Below, one piece after another: positions 1 through 6,300 of a DNA stretch of 64,000 bases. Position numbers and translations under genes: made by a program. The notes under the pieces were generated by a model. It had not been told where the DNA came from, did no database searches, and worked only from the letters and a program-made list of their open reading frames with translations. Positions within the stretch are counted from its first letter, which is position 1. Each line of letters starts with the position of its first letter. The stretch lies in IMG/VR virus record IMGVR_UViG_3300022074_000002; one strand, written 5' to 3'. Origin of the DNA: a virus.

Positions 1-61
1 AAGTATAAACAGATCTAATAAGAAAAAGGTAACACGAATAAAGAAAGAAAAGGACAGATAG

Positions 62-121
62 TGTGCCGATATTATTAGTGGCACACAAGTGGTTGAATTA
101 TGCATATATTATTGCAATAAT
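62..121 (+). promoter_or_regulatory. Early promoter: 24-bp palindromic element + sigma70-like -35/-10
   Basis: TGTGCCGAT-attatt-AGTGGCACA (62-85), TTGAAT 93-98, 17-bp spacer, TGc-AATAAT 116-121; same layout as 7 other copies. Confidence 0.7.
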
Positions 122-149
122 AGAGTATACACAAATTCAGAAACCATTT

Positions 150-335
150 ATGTCATTCTTCAAGCACGTAGCACTTCACAAATACGACTTAACAGATAAA
201 GGAGTATCTCAAGCATGCTACGACGAAATGAAAGCAGAGGGTTATGACCTCGTAATTTCAGAAAAGGAAATGCAAGTTCTTGCCAAGCACAGATGCGAGG
301 AATTCAAGAACTATATGAGACCTCTCTTCGCTTAG
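150..335 (+). CDS. Early hypothetical protein (61 aa)
   Basis: ORF track start (63) lies inside the promoter; ATG 150 (MSFFKHVALHKY...) follows the promoter and leader. Confidence 0.75.
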   Translation: MSFFKHVALHKYDLTDKGVSQACYDEMKAEGYDLVISEKEMQVLAKHRCEEFKNYMRPLFA

Positions 336-347
336 GGGTCTTTTTCA

Positions 348-572
348 ATGCCAGAAAATACATGGATCTACGACACTGTATGGGAAGAGTACAGAGAAGA
401 GCACGGTCATACTATAGACGAGATGAACGAATTCATCTGGCAAGGTAACCGAACCGTGATCCAAGATCTCGAACAGAGAGCAAACAAGATGATGTGGCAA
501 TTCGATCAGCGGAGTGCATGGATGTGTGGCGATGAACCACAATACAGAGTACCCGAAGATTGCCCATTCTAA
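348..572 (+). CDS. Early hypothetical protein (74 aa)
   Basis: ORF track; closely follows previous gene, ends at next promoter element. Confidence 0.7.
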   Translation: MPENTWIYDTVWEEYREEHGHTIDEMNEFIWQGNRTVIQDLEQRANKMMWQFDQRSAWMCGDEPQYRVPEDCPF

Positions 573-629
573 GACAGTTGACAAAGTGGCACACTCACCC
601 GTTGACACACTGCCACCAACTGCTATAAT
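570..629 (+). promoter_or_regulatory. Early promoter with palindromic element
   Basis: TAAGACAGT-tgacaa-AGTGGCACA (570-593), TTGACA 602-607, TGc-TATAAT 624-629. Confidence 0.85.
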
Positions 630-654
630 AAGTACATAACAATCAATCAGACAA

Positions 655-828
655 ATGCCTTTACACATCGCAACCGACCTCATCTCATTTCTACAAGACA
701 TGAGTTCAGACAACGACAACCTTGTACCTGACCTAGACCTAGCAACAGACTACTTAGAGTCACAAGGTGTAGAACTCACAGATGCAGTTATCAGACATGC
801 TGCTCGCCTTATCGACATCAACTTCTAA
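655..828 (+). CDS. Small acidic early protein (57 aa, MPLHIATDLISFLQD...), missed by ORF track
   Basis: Translated by hand; ATG 655 is 25 nt after the -10 box; stop TAA 826-828. Confidence 0.75.
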   Translation: MPLHIATDLISFLQDMSSDNDNLVPDLDLATDYLESQGVELTDAVIRHAARLIDINF

Positions 829-871
829 TCTATTGTACACTCTCTTATTCACCCTATTCTTTTTAATCACC

Positions 872-1186
872 ATGCGTAAAGTTGAAATGCAAATGAACAC
901 AGCGATCAGAAACAGAGTTAACTGGGCGGGATCCAATACAACTGTTATGATCAACGAGAATAACAACAAAGCAAGAGTATTCTTACACGGTAACTTAATT
1001 GCTGAAGTATGCAATGAGTTTGTAGCAATCTTCGACGGTGGTTGGCAGTCCAACACTACGAAGAGCAGACTTAACGCATTACTTACAGAGTTCAGACCAC
1101 AGGCGGGAGTATTTCAAAAAGACTGGACATGGTTCATTAGACATGGAAACTCAGTTTTCCCATTCAAATCAGGGTCGCTAGTTTAA
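872..1186 (+). CDS. Conserved cyanophage early hypothetical protein (104 aa, MRKVEMQMN...)
   Basis: C-terminal part of the 782..1186 ORF; ATG 872 preferred because the upstream part overlaps 655..828. Confidence 0.75.
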   Translation: MRKVEMQMNTAIRNRVNWAGSNTTVMINENNNKARVFLHGNLIAEVCNEFVAIFDGGWQSNTTKSRLNALLTEFRPQAGVFQKDWTWFIRHGNSVFPFKSGSLV

Positions 1187-1212
1187 GCGATCCTCTGGGC
1201 GTACATCTCGCA

Positions 1213-1312
1213 GTTTTCTGATTTATGCCAATTGTTGTAAGTCCCAGAAACGACAAAAAGTTAAAAACCTAGGTTTTCTGATTTTCTAGGTTTTTGACTT
1301 TTTTAGTTTTTT
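1213..1312. repeat. AT-rich intergenic tract with direct repeats and a palindrome
   Basis: GTTTTCTGATTT at 1213-1224 and 1273-1284; AAAACCTAGGTTTT palindrome at 1264-1277; CTAGGTTTT at 1269 and 1286; T-tracts to 1312. Confidence 0.6.
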
Positions 1313-1322
1313 ATATTATAAT
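1294..1322 (+). promoter_or_regulatory. sigma70-type promoter without the palindromic element
   Basis: TTGACT 1294-1299, 17-bp spacer, TATAAT 1317-1322. Confidence 0.7.
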
Positions 1323-1349
1323 TAGTTCTTACAAGCGGGGGTTATTCTA

Positions 1350-1520
1350 ATGTCTATGAGTATTGCGGATATGTATCAGGAGATGATAGATCAGTATACT
1401 GAACTGTATATGTATCAAAAGGCACAAAGAAGGGATGGCATCCGCAGGGACACCACAAAAGATATCCTCGACGACATGTCAGCCGTCGAGGTAGATGTAG
1501 AATATACTAGTGAGACCTAG
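1350..1520 (+). CDS. Small hypothetical protein (56 aa, MSMSIADMYQEM...)
   Basis: Translated by hand; follows the 1294-1322 promoter; stop overlaps the convergent stop of 1517..1726. Confidence 0.6.
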   Translation: MSMSIADMYQEMIDQYTELYMYQKAQRRDGIRRDTTKDILDDMSAVEVDVEYTSET

Positions 1521-1726
1521 TGATTACAGTTGTGGTCTCGATAGCAATCCTCGTTCCAATGTTCGTTATCATCTAGTACACCTAGGCGAGTCATGATCAT
1601 ATCATATATTTCCATACCACTGCGGGACATTCTACCCGCTGTGTAATCCCAACCTAAATCTGCTAGGTCGTTACATAGATCAGTTTTGTTCTTGTAACGA
1701 GGAAATTTGGTGTCTGTTTTAGGCAT
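1517..1726 (-). CDS. Early hypothetical protein (69 aa)
   Basis: ORF track; last gene of a three-gene minus-strand unit. Confidence 0.7.
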   Translation of the reverse strand: MPKTDTKFPRYKNKTDLCNDLADLGWDYTAGRMSRSGMEIYDMIMTRLGVLDDNEHWNEDCYRDHNCNH

Positions 1727-1892
1727 TGAGTTGATTCTCCCAGATTTGAGTTTTAAAACGTTTAACTGCCTTGTCTAACAGTTTGATGTCGCCATCGCAA
1801 ATATTTGCTTGCTCTTCATTATCATATTCTAAATGACAGAAGGCGTTATTGATGTCGCCTATGAGAGTGAGCAATGCATTGTAATTATTCAT
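1719..1892 (-). CDS. Small early protein (57 aa, MNNYNALLTLIGDINNAF...)
   Basis: Translated by hand; overlaps neighbours at start and stop. Confidence 0.7.
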   Translation of the reverse strand: MNNYNALLTLIGDINNAFCHLEYDNEEQANICDGDIKLLDKAVKRFKTQIWENQLNA

Positions 1893-2053
1893 TACGCTAC
1901 CTCGTACTCAGGGTACACAACTGGATTAGTTTCTTCAACTGCTACGACATAACCTGTCTCGTTGAAATAGTCATCTGCAATCTGACATGCTTCAGAAAAA
2001 TCATTAACGATCTTAACTGGCGATGTGTAGACGACATACTGATTAATTCTCAT
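1892..2053 (-). CDS. Small early protein (53 aa, MRINQYVVYTSPVK...)
   Basis: Translated by hand; TAATG overlap with the downstream gene; follows the minus-strand promoter and AAATCAG leader. Confidence 0.7.
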   Translation of the reverse strand: MRINQYVVYTSPVKIVNDFSEACQIADDYFNETGYVVAVEETNPVVYPEYEVA

Positions 2054-2078
2054 AATCTGATTTGTATATTACTCTTAC

Positions 2079-2173
2079 ATTATAATCAGACATATATTAA
2101 ATGCAACCACTCAGTGTGACAGTAATATTACTGGCACATCATGTATTGTATTCCTGCTCTTAACATATAGAAT
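2079..2173. promoter_or_regulatory. Divergent early promoter pair sharing one palindromic element
   Basis: TGTGACAGT-aatatt-ACTGGCACA (2115-2138); minus strand TTGCAT (2101-2106) and TATAAT (2079-2084); plus strand TTGTAT (2146-2151) and TAGAAT (2168-2173). Confidence 0.75.
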
Positions 2174-2193
2174 ACGTATAGTTACGCAAATCT

Positions 2194-2412
2194 ATGCATT
2201 ACTACAACGTTATTAGTTTTTTAAACGATGATGAACTGCACCAAGTGTGGGACATTTGTGCCGAAGCACTAGAACGCAAAGGATGGGACTGCGACAACTC
2301 AGAGTTGTCTATCCGTGCCTTTGATCAGAATCTAAAATCAAACATTGATTCAGACACGGTATGCGACCCAGAACCATGTGGCACATCTCACCCTTATTAT
2401 TATGAATATTAA
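2194..2412 (+). CDS. Early hypothetical protein (72 aa)
   Basis: ORF track; follows the plus-strand half of the divergent promoter. Confidence 0.7.
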   Translation: MHYYNVISFLNDDELHQVWDICAEALERKGWDCDNSELSIRAFDQNLKSNIDSDTVCDPEPCGTSHPYYYEY

Positions 2413-2431
2413 GACACGGATCGCCACAGAG

Positions 2432-2491
2432 TGTGACAATCTTTTTTGTGGCATACTCAAGGTTGCAGGATACGCACCCACCCTCTACAAT
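2432..2491 (+). promoter_or_regulatory. Early promoter with palindromic element
   Basis: TGTGACAAT-cttttt-TGTGGCATA (2432-2455), TTGCAG 2463-2468, 17 bp, TACAAT 2486-2491. Confidence 0.7.
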
Positions 2492-2518
2492 ACAACTAGT
2501 CAAACAAATCAGAACACT

Positions 2519-2773
2519 ATGACAACAGCAACTTATCAAGCGAACCTAACCGACACTGAGTATAACGGTTGGACTAACTACGAGACTTGGAATGTCGGTC
2601 TTTGGTTAGGCGGTGACGAAGGTTTATATGATATCGCTAGACGTGCCTTGGATTATGATCACCTAGTTGAGATGCTCACATGCATAGGATCCGAGACAAC
2701 TGGCGACGGTGTGCGATGGGATGACCCAAAGGTGAACACATGCGAAATAGATGAGATGCTGGAGGATATCTAA
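2519..2773 (+). CDS. Conserved phage hypothetical protein (84 aa; YNGWTNYETWNV motif)
   Basis: Start moved from 2345 to ATG 2519 after the promoter; motif is common in phage early proteins. Confidence 0.75.
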   Translation: MTTATYQANLTDTEYNGWTNYETWNVGLWLGGDEGLYDIARRALDYDHLVEMLTCIGSETTGDGVRWDDPKVNTCEIDEMLEDI

Positions 2774-2805
2774 ATGAGCAGCAACAACTTCCCGCACCAC
2801 GAAAA

Positions 2806-2839
2806 CTATAGCACAGTTGGATCACCCGCTGTGCTATGG
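2806..2839 (+). other. Strong intergenic hairpin
   Basis: ATAGCACAG (2808-2816) / CTGTGCTAT (2829-2837) perfect 9-bp stem; no U-tail. Confidence 0.5.
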
Positions 2840-2853
2840 GTACTCAGCCGCAT

Positions 2854-2912
2854 TGTGCCACTTATCAAACTGTCCATTACATGTAGCAGGAGTATATTCC
2901 ATGCTCTATAAT
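2854..2912 (+). promoter_or_regulatory. Early promoter with palindromic element and weak -35
   Basis: TGTGCCACT-tatcaa-ACTGTCCAT (2854-2877), TAGCAG 2884-2889, TATAAT 2907-2912. Confidence 0.7.
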
Positions 2913-2937
2913 TTAATCATAGCATACAACACACTTC

Positions 2938-3243
2938 ATGAAAAGACTCGAACTAATAATGGGAAGAAACATTCCCAACGCAGGAAAGGTTTCAGACAAC
3001 ATGATAAACGACTTTATTAAGTCAGAGATCATTCCTCATTTTGAGTATGGCACATTTATTGATGGCGAGGGGTTATGGAAAGGAGAATTTGAAAACACTA
3101 AGATTTTTTATATCGAGGTGCCTGATCATGAAGCAATCGCTACATCAGTTTTATTAAAGCACATTGCCGACAGATACCGCAAGGCATTTAGGCAAGAGAG
3201 TGTGCTAGTTTCAGAGGTGTCTACTCAAACAACATTTGTTTGA
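2938..3243 (+). CDS. DUF3574-like ferredoxin-fold protein; possible SAM lyase
   Basis: Motifs MGRNIP...VS..., GLWKG.FE.T and AFRQESVLV. Confidence 0.6.
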   Translation: MKRLELIMGRNIPNAGKVSDNMINDFIKSEIIPHFEYGTFIDGEGLWKGEFENTKIFYIEVPDHEAIATSVLLKHIADRYRKAFRQESVLVSEVSTQTTFV

Positions 3244-3246
3244 GTA
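3222..3246 (+). other. Hairpin spanning the stop codon of 2938..3243
   Basis: TACTCAAACA / TGTTTGAGTA 10-bp perfect stem with 5-nt loop. Confidence 0.45.
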
Positions 3247-3283
3247 CATGCCTTATAATGTAATTAATTAAACAAATCAGACT

Positions 3284-3760
3284 ATGCCAAATCATTGCTA
3301 CAACAGAGTGAGTGTCTATTCAGATAATGAGCAGGACATACAAACACTCTTCGACATATTCGAGAATGGAACTAACCCGAAGAATGATCTAACAGTATTT
3401 GGTCAGATCATTCCCGAACCAAATTGGAAAGAGATCCCAGTCGGGGGTAAACTGCCTGTAATGGATAAACGTGAATTTGGAATGGGTTTATCCTTTGAAT
3501 CTACAGACGAAGAAGGACGTCCGCAACTGACACAAGATGCCAGATGGTATGACTGGCGAATTCAAAACTGGGGTACTAAATGGGATTGCTACGACTTAAC
3601 CATTGACGAAAGCGAATTGCCTAATGGTTTTGAAGCATCATTTAATACTGCATGGTCACCGCCAGAAGACATTTATAATGCACTCAAAGAAAAATTTGAA
3701 GGCATGAGCATTAGTTGGTTCTATGACGAACCAGGTATGGAGATCGCTGGTTATCTGTAG
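3284..3760 (+). CDS. DUF1281/YubB ferredoxin-like domain protein
   Basis: MPNHCYN N-terminus, WYDWRIQNWGTKWD and F.TAWSPP motifs. Confidence 0.7.
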   Translation: MPNHCYNRVSVYSDNEQDIQTLFDIFENGTNPKNDLTVFGQIIPEPNWKEIPVGGKLPVMDKREFGMGLSFESTDEEGRPQLTQDARWYDWRIQNWGTKWDCYDLTIDESELPNGFEASFNTAWSPPEDIYNALKEKFEGMSISWFYDEPGMEIAGYL

Positions 3761-3815
3761 ACAATTTACAAACTGTCCACTACCTATTGCACAGTCAAAC
3801 GTAGTGGACTATAAT
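3757..3815 (+). promoter_or_regulatory. Early promoter with palindromic element
   Basis: GTAGACAAT-ttacaa-ACTGTCCAC (3757-3780), TTGCAC 3787-3792, 17 bp, TATAAT 3810-3815. Confidence 0.8.
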
Positions 3816-3838
3816 AAGAATATAAATCAAACAACATT

Positions 3839-3991
3839 ATGTCAACTCTACATCACGAATCAATCTTTGAAACAATCCTTGACGAAGTATGCGAGGAATT
3901 CGGTATCGAATACGATCCAATGGGCGACCCAGACGTTAACAACGTTATCGACGAAATGGTCATGGAAAAATTCTTAAGCATGGGAGGGTAA
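3839..3991 (+). CDS. Small acidic early protein (50 aa, MSTLHHESIFETILDEVCEEF...)
   Basis: Translated by hand; directly follows the promoter; N-terminus typical of a cyanophage small-protein family. Confidence 0.8.
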   Translation: MSTLHHESIFETILDEVCEEFGIEYDPMGDPDVNNVIDEMVMEKFLSMGG

Positions 3992-3996
3992 TATAT

Positions 3997-4146
3997 GGGC
4001 AGTAGGCAGGGGTTGCGTTAACTAATCGCATTTAAATCGAACCTCTACGTAAGACCCAATATCTTCACCTGACCCGTGAACAGTGCACAGACCTGTAACT
4101 CTGATAGGCATGGAATTTGCTAGGAGGGTCGGTCAATCCTCCGCCA
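3997..4146. ncRNA. Candidate structured non-coding RNA
   Basis: About 180-bp ORF-poor, GC-richer gap with several hand-identified stems; no family recognised. Confidence 0.3.
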
Positions 4147-4172
4147 ACCACACAACACGGCAGCTGGCACCT

Positions 4173-4231
4173 TGTGCCAGTTGTCAAACTGTCCACTAGA
4201 TTGTTGACATAAGCATCTAGTGGATTATACT
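4173..4231 (+). promoter_or_regulatory. Early promoter with palindromic element
   Basis: TGTGCCAGT-tgtcaa-ACTGTCCAC (4173-4196), TTGACA 4204-4209, TATACT 4226-4231. Confidence 0.85.
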
Positions 4232-4254
4232 TAAGTTAATCAGACAAAAGTATT

Positions 4255-4422
4255 ATGTTCGACAATCAACTAAGACCTTACTTCGACGGGCGAGTATTAG
4301 CAAACTCTTCAGCGATGCAAGACCCCGCAGTTAAGGCAGCACTTGCAGCAATGGCAGCAAGAAACTTTGAACCACTTCCAACACCTAACGAGGGAGTTTG
4401 GAATATATCCGATAGGCACTAA
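4255..4422 (+). CDS. Small early protein (55 aa, MFDNQLRPYFDGRVLAN...)
   Basis: Translated by hand; fills the space exactly between two promoter cassettes. Confidence 0.8.
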   Translation: MFDNQLRPYFDGRVLANSSAMQDPAVKAALAAMAARNFEPLPTPNEGVWNISDRH

Positions 4423-4482
4423 TGTGCCAGTTGGCAAACTGTCCACTGGGGTTGTTGACAACCAATCCCTAGGGACTATAAT
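4423..4482 (+). promoter_or_regulatory. Early promoter with palindromic element
   Basis: TGTGCCAGT-tggcaa-ACTGTCCAC (4423-4446), TTGACA 4455-4460, TATAAT 4477-4482. Confidence 0.85.
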
Positions 4483-4510
4483 AAAAACATAAATCAGAAA
4501 CAAACACATC

Positions 4511-5119
4511 ATGGGCAAAGGCAGAATCGAACTCAACACAGCAGGCGGTCTCTACATTATGTTCGCTACTGAGGAGCATTACGAGAGAGCAACTGGAAAC
4601 GGTAAAATCAAGATCGGTCTATCATACTCTTGTGAGTGGGGAACAATCCAGAGATACAAAGAGCATAGCACCTCATGTGCAGACAAGATACATAACATTG
4701 CTCTATGGGCATGTGATGAGGGAACAGACATTCCAACACCCGAAGGAACTAAAGGCGGTGTATTTGAAATGGAACAGTATCTCCACTCAGTGTGCAAGTC
4801 TTACGGATGGGAGCAGATCGGATCAGGCAAAGAGTGGTTCGCTGTACCTATGTCAGTCATCCAGATGATTAACGACATCACAGCAGGAGAGAGTTTTGAT
4901 TACACAGCATGTCCAGAGATCGCACGCAGCATGTACTATGCACCTAAATTTGAAGACATGCCAAGCATGGACGAGACACGCAGAAGGACATGGTGTAAGA
5001 AGAGCAGAGACAGAAAGATCAGCACATGCGACAGATCACCAATGCAGATGTCAAAGGACACAGCAGCAGAGAGAACATATGCCAGAGACTACATGTTAAA
5101 CAGGGGCGAGGTTAAATAA
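4511..5119 (+). CDS. T5orf172/MUG113-like (GIY-YIG superfamily) domain protein
   Basis: GLYIM...KIKIGLS...R...E..LH...G.EWF pattern. Confidence 0.6.
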   Translation: MGKGRIELNTAGGLYIMFATEEHYERATGNGKIKIGLSYSCEWGTIQRYKEHSTSCADKIHNIALWACDEGTDIPTPEGTKGGVFEMEQYLHSVCKSYGWEQIGSGKEWFAVPMSVIQMINDITAGESFDYTACPEIARSMYYAPKFEDMPSMDETRRRTWCKKSRDRKISTCDRSPMQMSKDTAAERTYARDYMLNRGEVK

Positions 5120-5146
5120 CCCCTGTTTACATTCCGTGACATATGG

Positions 5147-5175
5147 TTGACTTCCCTAGGGATATCCTTTATAAT
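5147..5175 (+). promoter_or_regulatory. sigma70-type promoter with no clear palindromic element
   Basis: TTGACT 5147-5152, 17 bp, TATAAT 5170-5175. Confidence 0.75.
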
Positions 5176-5203
5176 TAGAATATAAATCAGTTCAGTTTTT
5201 ATT

Positions 5204-5413
5204 ATGTTTACATACACAGTCACCGCTTATAACAAGTTCGGCAAACCAATGGCAACAGAGGTTGTAACAGACACTTGGGAAGCAACCGAGTTAAGTCTTA
5301 GCATGAGTGAGTGCTTCGGATACGCAGAGACCATTTGCGATAACTTCCAAACACATGAGGGTGAGTATGGTGAGAGACCAGCAGCACTAGGCGACAGACA
5401 GTATAACTTCTGA
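5204..5413 (+). CDS. Early hypothetical protein (69 aa)
   Basis: ORF track; follows the promoter and AAATCAG leader. Confidence 0.75.
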   Translation: MFTYTVTAYNKFGKPMATEVVTDTWEATELSLSMSECFGYAETICDNFQTHEGEYGERPAALGDRQYNF

Positions 5414-5427
5414 TCGCCCAGACAGCG

Positions 5428-5460
5428 ACCCCGCCCCTGACTGTATGTTGGGGGTTTTTT
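5428..5460 (+). terminator. Possible intrinsic terminator closing the early region
   Basis: C-rich/G-rich arms (ACCCC...GGGGT) followed by a T6 run; long loop makes it imperfect. Confidence 0.35.
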
Positions 5461-5529
5461 GATGGGGGGTTCGGTGCCAAGCAAAATTAGAAAACGCTAA
5501 CCTACAAAAGTATCCACTTGACCGAGAAA

Positions 5530-5535
5530 TAAATA
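5530..5535 (+). promoter_or_regulatory. T4-type late promoter
   Basis: TAAATA in the intergenic region upstream of 5597. Confidence 0.5.
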
Positions 5536-5596
5536 TTAAAAGGAAAATGAAAAACCAAAACCAAAAAAACCCAAAAAATTTTCCTGGTAAAAAAAC

Positions 5597-5863
5597 ATGA
5601 AAAAAGTCGCACACCAATTCTTTGAAGATGACGGACTAGATTACGAAGACATGCTGAATGACTTCGATACTTTCTGTGATCAGTTCGAGAAGAGGGCATC
5701 TGAATCATATAATGGAGGTGATCCAAACAATGGAAGAGTTATCAAAGAAATTGAACGAATTGGAGGAGACACTCCTATGGCAGTCCGAGAAGTTAAACAC
5801 CCTAGAGAAGACTTTGGAGAGACTGGCGAACCCGTCATTGATGTACAAGCGACCAACGGGTGA
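5597..5863 (+). CDS. Hypothetical protein (88 aa)
   Basis: ORF track; first ORF after the late promoter and A-tract leader. Confidence 0.6.
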   Translation: MKKVAHQFFEDDGLDYEDMLNDFDTFCDQFEKRASESYNGGDPNNGRVIKEIERIGGDTPMAVREVKHPREDFGETGEPVIDVQATNG

Positions 5864-5957
5864 GGATTATGAGACTGTCGCTCAGACACTCGACTATCTT
5901 CACAATAATATCGAAGGTCTCAAAGAAGATCTCACAAAAGTAGCGAGGGCAGTATAA
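5730..5957 (+). CDS. Coiled-coil hypothetical protein (75 aa, MEELSKKLNELEE...)
   Basis: GGAGGTG Shine-Dalgarno at 5714-5720 supports ATG 5730; heptad pattern; stop overlaps next start. Confidence 0.65.
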   Translation: MEELSKKLNELEETLLWQSEKLNTLEKTLERLANPSLMYKRPTGEDYETVAQTLDYLHNNIEGLKEDLTKVARAV

Positions 5958-6121
5958 TGTCACATTACACAGTAGGTTATCATGACCAACAAAGACATCA
6001 CTTTGAAATCTGCGAATATGCAGAGAGTACATTTGATGCAATTCAACATGCTAAGGAAGACGTTCCTTTTCTGAAAGAACATCCTCAGTATATTGATGAA
6101 GTACTATTAGAAAACATATGA
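5957..6121 (+). CDS. Small conserved protein (54 aa, MSHYTVGYHDQQRHHFEICEY...)
   Basis: Translated by hand; TAATG and ATGA overlaps with both neighbours. Confidence 0.75.
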   Translation: MSHYTVGYHDQQRHHFEICEYAESTFDAIQHAKEDVPFLKEHPQYIDEVLLENI

Positions 6122-6300
6122 GTATCAAAGCACCAGACAAATTACCTTATGATGAATGGTTTGATGACAATCCTCTGAAGGATTCAAAGTATATTGACAC
6201 ACCTTTATATGCATCATCTGATATATCGGTACATCAACAGATGTATGAATTTTGTACTAGAATGTTAAGTAAAATCGGTGGATCTGAAAATGCTTATTGA
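6118..6300 (+). CDS. Hypothetical protein (60 aa)
   Basis: ORF track; coupled to neighbours. Confidence 0.7.
   Translation: MSIKAPDKLPYDEWFDDNPLKDSKYIDTPLYASSDISVHQQMYEFCTRMLSKIGGSENAY

Noticed and set aside
63-2518. ORF-track starts at 63, 782 and 2345, and ORFs 345..719(-), 760..1056(-), 1874..2119(+), 2309..2539(-)
   Set aside because: They run through promoter elements or overlap better-supported genes; starts were reassigned to 150, 872 and 2519
2774-3020. ORFs 2774..2911 and 2817..3020
   Set aside because: They overlap a hairpin and the 2854-2912 promoter; composition is not protein-like
62-4446. Repeated palindromes as a CRISPR array, integron attC sites or NtcA boxes
   Set aside because: Spacing is irregular (250-1500 bp) with genes between copies; no cas or integrase gene; no GTA-N8-TAC consensus; each copy is tied to a -35 box
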